A stretch of 64,000 bases of DNA. It comes from Antedon mediterranea. Taxonomy: Eukaryota; Animalia; Echinodermata. The notes under the pieces are model-generated. The model ran no database searches. It worked only from the letters and a program-made list of their open reading frames with translations, and was not told the DNA's origin. Of this stretch, positions 38,070-51,501 are shown piece by piece. The stretch lies in contig NC_092676.1 of assembly GCF_964355755.1 (NCBI RefSeq), positions 8,595,888 to 8,659,887 of the forward strand, read 5' to 3'. Position 1 is the stretch's first letter. The number at the start of each line of letters is the position of its first letter. The translations under genes were made by a program, and so were the position numbers.

Positions 38070-39539
38070 ATGAAGTTAATGATAGGCCTACCTGTTGTGT
38101 TTATATCAATATGTTTGCCCGCAATGAATGGTAAGGACACTTATTTTTTTGTTAATTTAACCTTTTATAGAACTAACAAGCTATGATTTCCTCCGAAAAA
38201 TAGCCATATTGAATCGGGAACTAAAATGCCTACCTACTTCAGGATCTATAATGAATATATAGGCATACTATCAGTTTTTAAACACTTTAGACGTGTATTG
38301 ATTCGAGGACATTTTCTTTTACTCTCATTGAACAAAGTTATAGAAAAAAATACAAATTTCACTAGCTAGATCTTAACTGACAATTGACAGTCACCTAGAT
38401 ATGGGACTGAGTATATTAGTATCTAAAAGTATCCATTAGTTAATTACACACTTTTATTTATTTTTAGCAATATGTGAATATTATAACTGCTTAAATGGTG
38501 GCATTTGCTCTGGTTGGCCTGGAGATAAATTCTGTGACTGCCAAGAAGAGTTTAACGGTGAGCTCTGCCAATACCAGCCATGCTCAGAAGAATCTTGTCT
38601 AAATGGTGGAGATTGTCATGCTGATCACGGCGCCACATCTCCTGATTCTTATAGTTGCACTTGTTACGGAAACTATCATGGACATGATTGTGAATATGGT
38701 AGGAAAACATGTCACAATTGGGTATATACCGGGTGCTAAAACCTTACGTTAGTTTTCAATAGGCAGATAAGTACGACACTCGATTCGCATTGTGATGTCA
38801 TTGGGACCCGGGTAAGTTGGTGATGTACCCACTCTAAAGTTAGCGATAACACCACATGTGTTTCACATTTATCTCCTATGTATCATATAGCATATCCTAA
38901 CCCTCAACATAGCCTTACTACATGATACAGGCACTACATGTGAGACAAATGAAATGGTGTATTACCAAATATTCATATAATACTGGGCAAATAATGTAGC
39001 TAAGTATGTGGCGATACAGCATTGAGAATTTGAGTAGCTTACCCATGTAAATAAGCCTGAATGGTCCCACTCTGTAGATCAAATGGTTTATTTTTTGTGG
39101 CTGCGCAGTTCTACGCTCCTTATCAGACATCGCGCGCCTCGGCGGAGAACCGGTACATAGTATTTAGTACAGTACTGTTGGTATTTGTCGGAGCCAGCCA
39201 AGACCAAATGAATGTTACGAGCTCAGTGCCCTGTTGTTAAATTGCCTTGGTGGAATCAAAAAAGTAAAATGTTGCTTTTATATTATAGAATCAAATGACG
39301 ATGACGGGACGGAGCTAGGGATCGCAGTCATCATTGCTATCGTCATGGGTGGAGTTGTTGTCGTAATACTGCTTTTGACAGTGGTTTGCATTTGCTATCA
39401 CAAACCAAGTGGAAAAACATCTACAGTTGTAGCGCCAGACCCGACGTCATACACCATACCCGCACAGTATAATACCGATTATTGTATGACAACACACAAT
39501 GATTTTATTTCCGGTACCTATCAAGAACACTACTATTGA
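38070..39539 (+). CDS. Small type-I membrane protein with two EGF-like domains (180 aa), paralog B
   Basis: Exon 38070-38130 (accATG, MKLMIGLPVVFISICLPAMN, G|GTAAGG), exon 38468-38698 (CEYYNCLNGGIC...CQY and CSEESCLNGGDC...CEY), exon 39289-39539 (TM LGIAVIIAIVMGGVVVVILLLTVVCIC + Tyr-rich tail); all phase 1, 543 nt. Confidence 0.88.
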
Positions 39540-41141
39540 TTGACAATTGTATTGATCGATTAATGATGTATGTATTGGATTATCCATCTTCTCTTTTTTC
39601 GAGATGGTATTATGATATTGGTAATTAATTAATTTAATTAATATGCAGATCCAAAAGGAAGCACGTCTACACCGTACTTTATACTGATATAAAACATGCA
39701 GAACGTAAATGCAGAGTAATTAGCGCCTTCAAAATACTATTACGGTTTGCTAGCAATTGACATTCCTGTTATCTATTATTATAGAAGCCAGATGGAATTA
39801 TGTGAACATATAAATACTATAATAACAAATAATTACAGTATTTATAACTATAGTAGAATGATGAACATAGTTGTACATTAACTTTTAAACTTCTTAACTT
39901 GAAAGCTTTTAATTTCTTGAAAGGGAAACGAATCTAGTACACACTTTAGCATTTACTAGTGTAACTTCAGGGTTTTGACAAATATGAATAAGAACCATCT
40001 GACATTTGGTCAGTTAAAGCAATACGTTATAAAACGCGAATGCAATCAATAATTACCAGTATACATGTCTCTGTCTTTCGAAAGTAATTTCTGAGTTTGT
40101 ATAAAAACTCTCTTTATGCATTAATAGTAACATTACATAACTGGTGAAGTAAGTGACAATTATTTAAAATTCTTATATAGCCTACCTACAATAGAACCCC
40201 TCCGCTGGGATACTCTAGTCTAGGTTCTAGGCCGTATTTTGAATTAATATTAGCAAAAAAAGAATAAACATTTTGGCACATATGGCGTTTCATACGTATA
40301 ATACTTTAGCTCACGTATTTTCCAGACAAAAATCGAAACGCCGACGGGTAGACTGACGTAAAAACGAGAAATCTAGATACCCCTTAAGTTTTCCATAATT
40401 ATGGTGGTGGTTTTACTGTTGTGAATAGGCTACTACGATAATTCCCTAAAAAAAAAAAAAATTGTATTTGTAGAGAGTTACTCCTATATTATTATATGTA
40501 ATGGTAATATCCAGTCAATAGTGTTACTACTAGGATTAGAACACTACAAAATGGTACATTCTCAAATGTGTTCCTTGTAAATACAAATTAAAAGATGAAA
40601 TATGTTATGGACATTCTAAATGGATTTACGTTCAGGTGCAACATTTCATATTGTCGGAGATTAATCTAAAAGTGCTCATTCGATCGACAACAATCTATGT
40701 TTCTAAAGTAGGCCTATTCAAGAGATTTTATACACAATAATGCCTGCCGCTTCCTTGGTTTTTGAAAAGCTAAAGTGTTCGAAAACACCCAGTTTCAGCA
40801 TATTTCTGAAAACACGTGCCAATGCCTATGACTTAATAAGACGGGAACATGGTAGATGTTGATGAAATGTAACATTGTTTGTGAAACAACAATATTTGAC
40901 AGTTTGACGTGCGAGTACCATATTATTTCAAGTTTTATGAAAAAAAAAAATACATTGCTGTTAAAAATAAGCGTACTAATAATACAGTAGATCTATTCAA
41001 GAGACACCTAATTAAAGGTGACATTTGGGCACAAAGCCTTCCCCATAATAGGAGTTGTTCTATATACACTGAAGGTTGAATGGGAAGGAATCACGAACTG
41101 AGAAACATAGTTGTTGGCATACACCCGTTTGTATTCACTAA

Positions 41142-41316
41142 AGCTTGGTTCTCACTAAAACGTAACGCAAGGACGTAAACGCAACGCAAGCGTTTTAACC
41201 AATGACAAGCGAAGTTATAGACAGCAATCACAAGCGAATAAGTCATCGCTTGTGATTGGTCAATTCACTTGCGTTGCGTTACGTCCTTGTGTTGCGTCGC
41301 TAGTGGGAACCACGCT
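41142..41316 (-). mobile_element. PIF/Harbinger-type MITE, copy 3 (reverse orientation)
   Basis: TAA|AGCTTGGTTCTCACTA...TAGTGGGAACCACGCT|TAA. Confidence 0.9.
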
Positions 41317-41544
41317 TAACAACGGTACATTAATTTTATTTAAAAAAAAAAAATCGTAGACGTTTTACAATTGTGGTGATCACGTACGGTATACTTGGAT
41401 AGGTAGGCTTATTTATTTGTTGTATACTGTAGAATATTAGTTCCGTCATAACAGTCACTTATTTTTTAATCGACACAGTTATTAATTTTCGATATATTGA
41501 GTTTTGTACATTTTTCTGCTGCTGCTCACTCCATTACTCATCGG

Positions 41545-42035
41545 TCGTTATATCTCTGCCCGTCCGTCGTTATATTCCCTGCTCTTGTGCTGCCCTCTAC
41601 TAAATCTTCATGACCTTTAGGTACGTGTCGTCTTCTTCTATATATTGTCATCCTTTCCATATCCGTTCCCTTCTACTCTGCTGATTCCCCATCCCCACCA
41701 CCTTCCTCTTCCTCGTTATATCTCTGTCCATCGTTATCATATTGCTTTATCTGCTGCCCTCTTATCACCCCCCATCGCCTCCACATCCCTGTCCGTCATC
41801 AACATCTCCACATATCCTTCTTCTTCATCTTCACATCCATCCCATATCCGTTCCCTTCTACTCTGCTGATTCCCCATCCCCAACCCCTTCCTCTTCTTTC
41901 GTTATATCTCTGTCCGTCGTTATCATATTCCTCTATCTTCTTTTGCCCTCTTATCCCCCTCCATCATCTCTATATTCCCATCTGCCATCAACATCTCCAC
42001 ATATCCTTTGTTGCCGTCTTCTTCATCATTTGCAT
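41545..42035. repeat. Degenerate pyrimidine-rich tandem duplication
   Basis: CCATATCCGTTCCCTTCTACTCTGCTGATTCCCCATCCCCA recurs at about 41657 and 41842. Confidence 0.65.
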
Positions 42036-42610
42036 CAATTAAGCTGGTTTTCCAACGACAAACTTATTCGGGCGAATAGTGTTCACTAATGTATATGTGT
42101 ATTAATATATTCATTTACTGTTTGTGACGTGCCAATTGCACAGCAAATCATAACTCAGGAATGTTAGATTCGCGCGAATGTTGTCGCCTTGTGGAAAACA
42201 GGCGTACAGTACACCCCTATACGTTCCTTTCTACTCTGCTGCCCACTTTGAGCCCCTTTCTACTCTGCTGCCCTCTTTCCGCCCCGTTCTACTCTGCTGC
42301 CGTCTCTCCACCTATCACACCCCATGATCACTTAAACTACAATAATATGCATTTTTTCTTTGTGATATATTTAAGAATATAGTTTTATTTTATTACCCAA
42401 TTGTCATAACTTAAAAAATTAAAATATAAAAATTCAATAATATAAAAAACTCTTACCCTAATCCATTATTATATTAATATAAACATTATTAAAAGTGAGA
42501 GTTCAGTGATAAATGTAATAAATCTAGTGGTATATATTACACTTGAGTTATCTACTGATATTTAAAAGGACTTTAGCACATCTGAGCTTTCACTTAAACA
42601 GAACATAATT

Positions 42611-45600
42611 CTAACTCTTGTTGGTCACTATTTCCTTGCATACTTGGCTTATACGCTCCATGCCTAAAAACAAAAACAAAAATTGATACCATTGAAAAAG
42701 TTTTCTAGATTTAATCATTGTCAGGGTTTCCTGAAAATGATCAAACAATGGTAATTGTCAGCAGATATGTTTACTGTACACTGTGCAAGTCAAAAATGTA
42801 AAAACTTAGCAAGAAAATAACAAGTTTAAATTCTGGTGAAATACCACGTTTTTTGTTTAAATAATAAAAAGTTTTACCAATTTTCAGTTGGTCAATTGGA
42901 ACAGAAAATACAATCCGAAACCAGCCAGGTTCATCCGATCGAAATGCTTTGCTGGGTGATAGATGTACCCCAGCATCAAGTAACTTGTTCCAGAGGTCAA
43001 TCTCCGAGTTAAATGACTGGTTTTTTAGAAACTAAACAAAAGAAAGACACAAATAATATTATTACAGTATATTATTATAGTAGAGGTCTCCTGAATCTGA
43101 AGTTTGAACCATATAATCTGAGACAATAGGGAGTTTTCGCAATCTTACGAATACGATAACGAAAACAGATACGTCACATATGTATTCGTTTTTCGTAAGC
43201 CAGTAAAAATCTGTTTCGCATGGCAACAAAATATTGAGGGCGCCGTTCAAAATATGACTGCTGTAAATTTGAGCGAAGTGCAGGTACGTGGTGCTTGGCT
43301 GCCTAGGCCTAGCGTAACATCAAAGCGAGTGAGGACTTTAAAAACTGCTATTTATCAAAACTGACCTGGCATTTTAGTAAATTACTTTCAATAAAAGTAT
43401 AATTATATTATAATCATGAATCATTCCTGATTCAAATGCAAAATGTGCAAAATAGATCAAAAACTATACTCGTTTTGTATTCACGAATATGACTGGTGAT
43501 ATTCGTCAACACGAATAGGCTTTACGAATATGAAATGGGGATTAGCTAAAAAGTTTCGCAAATGTGTGACGTATCCGTTTTGGTTATCGTATTCGTAAGG
43601 TTGCGAAACCTCCCTAATGAGAACGTTAGGACGGAACATATAAGATCAAAAGAATCGATAATCGCTTCCAATCTCTTAGATTGTTGTCTCAGATATAATC
43701 AAGATGCCCAAAAATAGACTCGCAACACGTAACCGATTTTATTGTCTAATAATAGTCAAGCTAAATCAAGCTAAATTTTTTATTTTAATTTTATAACTAA
43801 TCATGAATGAAAAAAAGTAAAATAGTTAATAATTGACAGGAAAAAAGCAGAATGTAAATGTTATTAATCATGTGTAAAAATATCATGTCAATGTCACCAG
43901 TCTGTCTGTCAGTTCACATAGATGACACAGTATCGTTTTCAGTTATCTGATTGATATTAATTGTATTTTCTGAATATCTGGGATTTCTTTGCTGTTATGA
44001 GACAGTTTTACCTTTCTGAAATCGGCATACAAAAAGAGTCCGCAAGTTGTTTCAAGAAACGGAATGCCTGCCAATGTAAGCTTACTTGAAACAAACTGAT
44101 AACATTCCCTTAAACGTTTTTGATTGGTTGCCATGTATACATTGTCTATCCAGTCTGCAATAAATGAAATGGGAATCGTCGTGTCAAAGGTCAAGCGCCA
44201 TATAAGATGAAACTGGCCTAATTACAATATGTAAATTAACAATATCCCATCTACTAACTAGTCTAGTAGACTTGTTCGATTTTGCATTGTAAACATATAG
44301 TTTTATGTTACAGTAAAACCAGTATTAAGAAGACATCTTCAGGACCCAACATAGTCTCCCCATAATAGGGGTGTGCCCTGAATATTGGTGTCTCAAAGGA
44401 GTACAGTAGTTTTACTTTAATTTACATTAGAATCTCTAAGAGGAAATCGCCGGGACCCAACAAAGTGTACCTTAAATAGGGGTTGGCTGTACAGTAGTGT
44501 TAAAACACATTTTCCTGTCATTCATTTCTTAGCACAGTGTCCCCAATAGTGATGTCTAATTAAAAAGATGGGTTACTTTAATAATTTTAACATTAACATT
44601 TTAATCAAATCTAGCTATGTTTTGTGTTTATTTACATGCAGACCACAGGAAGGATGTGTACCATAAAACATAAAATAGCATGTCTGGGAAATAAGTTCAG
44701 TTCACACACCTTTATCTTTGAGCATATTAGCTAAAACAACATGCATGTTGGCAGAAAATCTGGTAAAGCGACATTGGTTCTGTATAACGGTCTTCACTTC
44801 ACTTCCAAATCCATAGTATAAACCAACTCGAAAACCAGACATTGCAAAATCCTGAAAGTATGTATATAAACAGTATTAACATTGAGGACAAGTAAAAATC
44901 TCTCTCTCTCTTCCTAACCCTAACACCTACTGTTAATACTGTACCTTACTAAAGCCCCAGATAAAATGTGTTCTTTCAGGGTCTGGTATATCTTCTGGTT
45001 TGAACTGAAGTATGCTGGTGGTTTGGACACCTTCAACAAACCCACCAGTCAGGTAAATCTCATCAAATATGATATGTAGTGAATGCCTGTCAATAGAATA
45101 TGATTAAATATTTATTGATTTATAGAAAACCATAGGCTTATATTGCAGAGGTTTCCCCCCAATATTGGGTTATCTCCTGATCACCTGATAAAATGCAATT
45201 TCCTCCTGATATTTTAGATAAACAAAAAAATTATCCCGACATTTCTAATTTCTATTACATTAGATGAAGAAATAAAATATGCTTAATATCAGTCTTCAAG
45301 ATGCTTATAATAAATGTATTGCATCATATTTTCTGCCTTTGACACGTCTGACATACCATGTTTACTACTGTATAATATAGTCTACCAATATATATACCAA
45401 TACCTTTAATTTGTAATAGCTCCCTCTATAGTTTGATGTATTTTTCACAATATTATAGAACCCTCTATAGTTTGGACATGATTTCGTAAAACGAGGTCTG
45501 CTGCCTATGTACATACATTGATATTAACCAATGAGCAACTTCCATGACTACCCACAATTCTAGCTGTAAAACTGGATTTTGTTACATACTTATGACAAAA

Positions 45601-48600
45601 CTGAAGACAGTCCTTGATCATCTCTCTTGAATATATTTCACCTAGTGGGTTGTGTGGATTCATTAGAAACAAACCACGAATTGTCAGCCCCTGAATAGAA
45701 AAGAGAAAGTATAAAATGTGGATTATTATGGCACCATTTACCATCATTTACCTCTCAATTGAATATTATTCGTTACATACAACATAATGTATTTTCTAAC
45801 TATCCCAACCTCTTCCCAATTTCTTTTTCGATCTCTTTAACAAATGTCTCTTTCGATATCTTTTACAAATGTCTTTGTCGACTTCTTTGACAAATATCTC
45901 TTTCAACCTCTTTCACAAATGTCTTTGTCGATCTCTTTGAAAAATGTCTCTTTCGCCCCCTTTTTCACAAATGTCTTTGTCGACCTCTTTGACAAATGTC
46001 TCTTTCAATCTCTTTGACATATGTCTTTGTCGACCTCTTTGACAAATGTCTTTTTCAACCTCTTTTACAAATGTCTTATTGACCTCTTTCACAAATGTCT
46101 CTTTCGACCTCTTTCACAAACATTTTTTTTGCCATCTTTTACAAATGTCTCTTTCAACCATCTTCACAAATGTCGTTTACGACCTCTTTAACAAATGTCT
46201 TTTTAGACCTCTGTCACAAATGTCTCTTTGGACCTCTGTCACAAATGTTTTTTTGTCCTTTTTCACAATAGTATTTTTCAACCTCTTACACAACAAATGT
46301 CTTCTTCAACCTCTTTCACAAATGTCTTCTTCGACTTCTTTCACAAATGTCTTATTCAACCTCTTTCACCAAGTCTTTTTCGACCTAATTACAAATGTCT
46401 CTTTCGACCTCTTTCACAAATGTCTTTTTCGACCTCTCTCCCAAATGTCTCTTTCGACCTCATTCACAAATGTCTCTTTGGACCTCTGTCACAAATGTCT
46501 CTTTGGACCTCTGTCACAAATGTCTTTTTGACCTATTTCACAACAGTCTTTTTCGGCCTCTTTCACAATAGTCTTTTTCGACCTCTTTCACAAATGTCTC
46601 TTTCAACCTATTTCACAACAGTCTTTTTCGACCTCTTTCACAAATGTCTTTTTCGACCTCTTTCACAATAGTCCTTTTCAACCTCTTTCACAAATGTCTT
46701 CTTCGACCTCTTTCACAAATGTCTCTTTCGACCTCTTTCACAAATGTCTCTTTCGACCTCTCTCACAAATGTCTCTTTCACAAATGTCTTTTTCGACCTA
46801 TTTCACAACTGTCTATTTTGTCCTCTTTCACAAATGTCTCTTTCGATCTCTCTCACAAATGTCTCTTTCGCCCTTTTTCACAAATGTCTCTTTAGACCTC
46901 ATTCACAAATGTCTCTTTCGACCTCTCACACAAATGTTTCTTTGCCCTTTTTCACAAATGTCTTTTTCGACCTACAGTATTTCACAACTGTCTATTTTGT
47001 CCTCTTTCACAAATGTCTTTTTCGACCTCTTTCAGGGGCGGATCCAGGATTTAGAAATAGGGCGGGCGTAGCTTTGCGAGCGAAGCGAGCAAACATTGGC
47101 TGGGGGCCAGGGGGCCGCCAAGGGCCCCCGGTCGGGGTCCAGGGGCCGAAGGCCCCTGAAAATTTTGCCGTTCTTAGCGCATTGTAAGTCGTTTAAAACG
47201 ATTTACAAACAATTCATAATGTCATTTACCAAACACTCTAAAGCTCGCAAATTACGACATGTGGAACATGCAGCTGATACTTACCTAGGGTACAAAAGCA
47301 AGATAACAACTTGCCTGTACTTTACATCTAAATTTTTACAACGCGACGATGTTTTTCAGCTTTTATATAAGCATAAACTTGTCCTAGCCTAGGCCGGTAT
47401 TATTTTCTTACACGCGCGCCGGGTCGATCGCGGTGACTACTTCTTCGCATCCATCATCCATGCAGCTAAAGTAAAATGACGTCACGTTAAAGCGGGTCGT
47501 CACAGCCAGAGTCTCATGCATATTAATGAAGCAAACTTGCTGAGAGTGTTTTCCACCACCACGCAACACATGCGACGCGAGATTTATCGAAACTCCGAGC
47601 CATCGACTGACGATCATGTTTTTGACAATTAAAATCATGGCATATTCAACGACCTGGTTTAAACGATCGTTTAAAAATTAGCGGTCCGGCTCGATCATCA
47701 TTACATTATATTTAGTGATTTGAAAAAAACAAAACACCCCTTTTGTCATCGCGATTTGTTTATGAGAATCATCGACGGAAAAGCAAATAAAACACTACAA
47801 GGGTCATGAAATTCTGCATGCAGCATTGTTAATATTTTAATAGTATGTTTTAATAAAATATAGGCCTAACGGGATAAATTTCATAGGCACTACAGTCCTA
47901 GCCTTTGTTTTTATTGTATTTAATAAAAGGGCGCGTAGTGTAGCACTGACCATGTGACTTCATAAACTCTATTGATCGTCGGAGGTACGTACCGCTACTC
48001 TACAATACGGGAGTGACGATCACAAAGGATGCCGACCTGCTTAGTAAAACGCGACCAAGCTCACCACGTGGCTTTTATCAACTTGCTCCTTTTAGTTTTA
48101 CACTTAACTGTGAATGATCGTTGGTAACTACGCTAGAGATTGATAGTACACAAAGGATGTCGACGTACATGCTTGGTGAAATGCGATCAAGCTGACGATG
48201 TGCTCCGACGTACTATTTTCACTATGAAAATGATACGTGTTTTTAAAATCTATTTAATTAAAAAAAAAAAAAAAAAAATCTTTAAAAAATAGGGGGGGCG
48301 TACGCCCCACACGCCCCCCGCTAGATCCGCCACTGTCTTTCACAAATGTCTCTTTAGACCTCATTCACAAATGTCTTCTTATGAATGATGGTAGTTCAAA
48401 CAGCCTTTTGACTTATGAAATTATCCAACCTTTTTATTTGCTTTTTCAAGGCCTTTCTCAAGTTTATCAATTGTTAACTGGAAACTCCTTGTTTCATTTT
48501 CACTTTTCTGCAAAGATAAAATTTATCATACATTAATTAGTATGACCATGGCAATCTAACAACAGGATGCTCCGAAGATCTAAGGGTTGATCTGTATCAG

Positions 48601-51501
48601 TTCCTCCTAACAGACACCGCGAAGAATATGTACATAGTAGTACTGTTAGTATTCAAAGTTCCTGTTATAATATATTATTATAATGATAATAATTATATAT
48701 ATATATTATTATTATTATATATAATTATATATAATAATATAATAATAATATATATATATATCATATTAGATTGCCTTGGTATGATCACAATAAAAATAAT
48801 ACTATTTATGTTTACACAAAATATTAGTTGTTGTTTATTATTGCAATCTTTAATCTATACTATATAATAATAATGTATATATAGTATATACTATATATAC
48901 ATGAATTATAATTTATGTATACATATTTTTTTTTTCATTTACCAATATCGGTAGTTATTTCATTTATAATTATCATGAAACTATTGAAATATACTTTAAA
49001 TAATTTTTATAGAGAAGATGTTAGTTATGTTATTATACTGTAATTTTTTATCCTAAATTATATAATTATATATTCTAGGTTATTTTTATTTTTTTAGTAA
49101 TGTGTTTTGTTGTGGGTCCCTACGAGACAAGTTTTTAACTTCTAGAAGGGATCCATGATAATAATGACTACCAATTACTGCTTTATCTATGTTCACTTTA
49201 ATATCTTTTTTCTATTTTGTATATATTCATTCATTATTATCTAAAATAAAATAAATATTATCTGAAGTTGTCATTAAAATAAACCTGACCCTTGGGGAGA
49301 TCGATGTTCCTATTTGTGTGAACCACTATAAGAAACTGATTCAATCATTTCAAAATATATTATTCACAATAATGGTCTTGTCACAGACCTCTTACATTTG
49401 AATACAGATGAATTGGATGGATGTTGACATTCGCTCGTCTCATGAAGTCCTGCCAAGCTCCTCCATAATATGGGGTTGGCGTAATGAATGCATCTTGAAA
49501 ATTAAAATTATATTTTTATTCTTTAAAATCATTTGGAAAGCTTATAGCCTATGCTTTGACTACATGATAGATTTACTGTGAATAGCTTTTGTAAAAACAC
49601 AAATCTCACCTCCTGAATTGCAAAGACCAAAGGCAACAGACTCTAGTACTGTACCACATCCGTTGATCACAACCACCTAAACAAAGAAAAATATTGTTTA
49701 CATGCTTCTAAAAAATATTATTCAATACATAAGAACACCTGCTTTGAGTCATTCTCCAGGGCCGTAGCCAGCATGAGCATGACATTTTCAATTTTCACCA
49801 GCCACCCTAATTGCCCAGCACAGATCGTCATATTTTATATTACTAATTATATTTAAAGCATCTTTGCCTCATGTGTTTTTAACCTTTCGCTACGACCGCC
49901 TTGTTGTCGTAAAATGAACAAGAGTAAATATATGTTTTAACACTTTAACAGCCAACCCCTATGCAGGGGACATTACTATTATTACTATTATACTAAAGAG
50001 ACTACTGTATTGTTACTAATAATACTACTACTATATTATTAGTAATATTTATGCAGCAGGATTCAGAGTTGGCACACATTAATATATAATGAATTGCCAA
50101 GTTTTAATATACTCTTGATATAATATTTTATTGATCAATAAATTCACAAGATTTAAAACAACAGGAAGATATTAATGAACCTGGTAGTTTACATAAACTT
50201 TTAAATAAAAACATAAAATAAGTGATTAGAACAGTGGCGTATGTATGGGACTAAGCCCCCTGGTTTAACACTCCAAAGGGGTAGTAGCACTGGGTAGTTG
50301 GGGCTGATCAGCCTCTGGGGCCCCTGGGTTTAGCACTCCTAAGGGGCCCTCCAACGCTGAGTAATGTCATTGGACTGCACATGCTCTAAGGCCCTTAGGC
50401 TATGGATTCAGCCAGTGAGCGCTTATGTTGCTGCATTATTGTATACTACCTTGTCAGGATCCACTGGCATAGCAGCATTAGCTTTATCTGTCAGAAATTC
50501 AGCAATTGCTTGCCGGAATTCAAGAAGGCCAGCATCAGGATAATAGTGAAACAAGTCATCTCTCCAAACCATCAGATCCGGCTGACTGAGCTATTAAAAC
50601 CAAAATGGTATGATGGCATTCAAATAAACCACAATTTATTTGGGTAAAATGCTGCACCTTTTGAGAGTGTCATTTATTGTGAATTTTACGTGCTATTTCC
50701 AGCTATCTAAGGGTGTCATTTAACATTAGCATAAGTGGTACTCATTTTAAATTTTATTTCTATGACCTACTTTACATAGTCTACCCTTTTCAACCTCAAT
50801 ATTATATAGCTTTATTGACAGGAACCTATTATAGGCCTAAATGAATACCAACCCTTTTTGTAAGAACATCGCACATCAATTTATTTTGAGCTGGTCCAAG
50901 ATTTATACAACCCTAAAGTAAGAAAATAATCATTAGTGTCGTCACTCTCTAAACTACTCAAGAAAATCTATCTCTGCTAATTAAAATGCACGGAATTTAT
51001 TTAAATATACTAGGCCTAGTTCATTATTGCACACAAGGCGTTCCATACAAATTACTTTCATTGCTGCTTCAATAATTATTAATAATTATTCATTAGCCCA
51101 TAGAAATCCAGAAATCCTTCAGCAAGCTGGCTAATTTAAATACTTAATCTCACACAGTACCAGGCTTAAGCAGTCTTACAATTTTAGTACTCTGCGATAT
51201 CTGCCCAGGCCTACTAGACTACACATCAAGGCTAGCGGATGGGTCGCCTGGCCCTGGCTGGATGATAGACTTAATTAGGCCTAACTAGTCAAGCTAGGGC
51301 TAAATGAATTTGACTTTGTCATACCGTTGGGTTCTTTTCATGATGATAAGAATTTTCTCTTGTTTTGATACTACCTTTCAAAATCAAGTCTTCCGATACA
51401 ACTGTGTTAATATGTTTCCCCCTTTCTGATAAAACAGACATTTTAACTTTGAAATCTGGACACGTTGAACTTGTGTTTTTGTTTGTTATGTGTTCACTCA
51501 T
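42611..51501 (-). CDS. ACCS: 1-aminocyclopropane-1-carboxylate synthase-like PLP-dependent enzyme (aminotransferase class I/II), 12 exons, 451 aa from the first ATG
   Basis: Exons 51501-51325, 50912-50853, 50590-50450, 49676-49610, 49493-49396, 48507-48430, 45690-45590, 45086-44945, 44851-44710, 44154-44012, 43031-42878 and 42663-42611 join in frame (1356 nt). Motifs GCINLGPAQNKL, PTPYYGG, NPHNPLG, DEIY, GFSKDFAMSGFRVG (PLP Lys), EPGWFRIVF. Confidence 0.93.
43128..43615. mobile_element. Non-autonomous TIR element with AAT TSD nested in an older inverted-repeat element
   Basis: AAT|AGGGAGTTTTCGCAATCTTACGAATACGATAAC ... GTTATCGTATTCGTAAGGTTGCGAAACCTCCCT|AAT; outer ATCTGAGACAA / TTGTCTCAGAT pair at about 43116 and 43684. 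Confidence 0.85.
45820..48378. repeat. ~25-bp minisatellite (TTCGACCTCTTTCACAAATGTCTCT)n in an ACCS intron, interrupted by a transposon
   Basis: About 48 units over 45820-47032, resuming at 48336. Confidence 0.92.
47033..48335. mobile_element. Non-autonomous hAT-like element with 5-bp TSD (hAT5-like)
   Basis: TCTTT|CAGGGGCGGATCCAG ... CTAGATCCGCCACTG|TCTTT; empty site known from the host repeat unit; GC-rich subterminal GCGAGCGAAGCGAGC. Confidence 0.85.

Noticed and set aside
46046-47187. Several 80-160-aa ORFs
   Set aside because: A ~25-bp repeat inside an ACCS intron on the opposite strand
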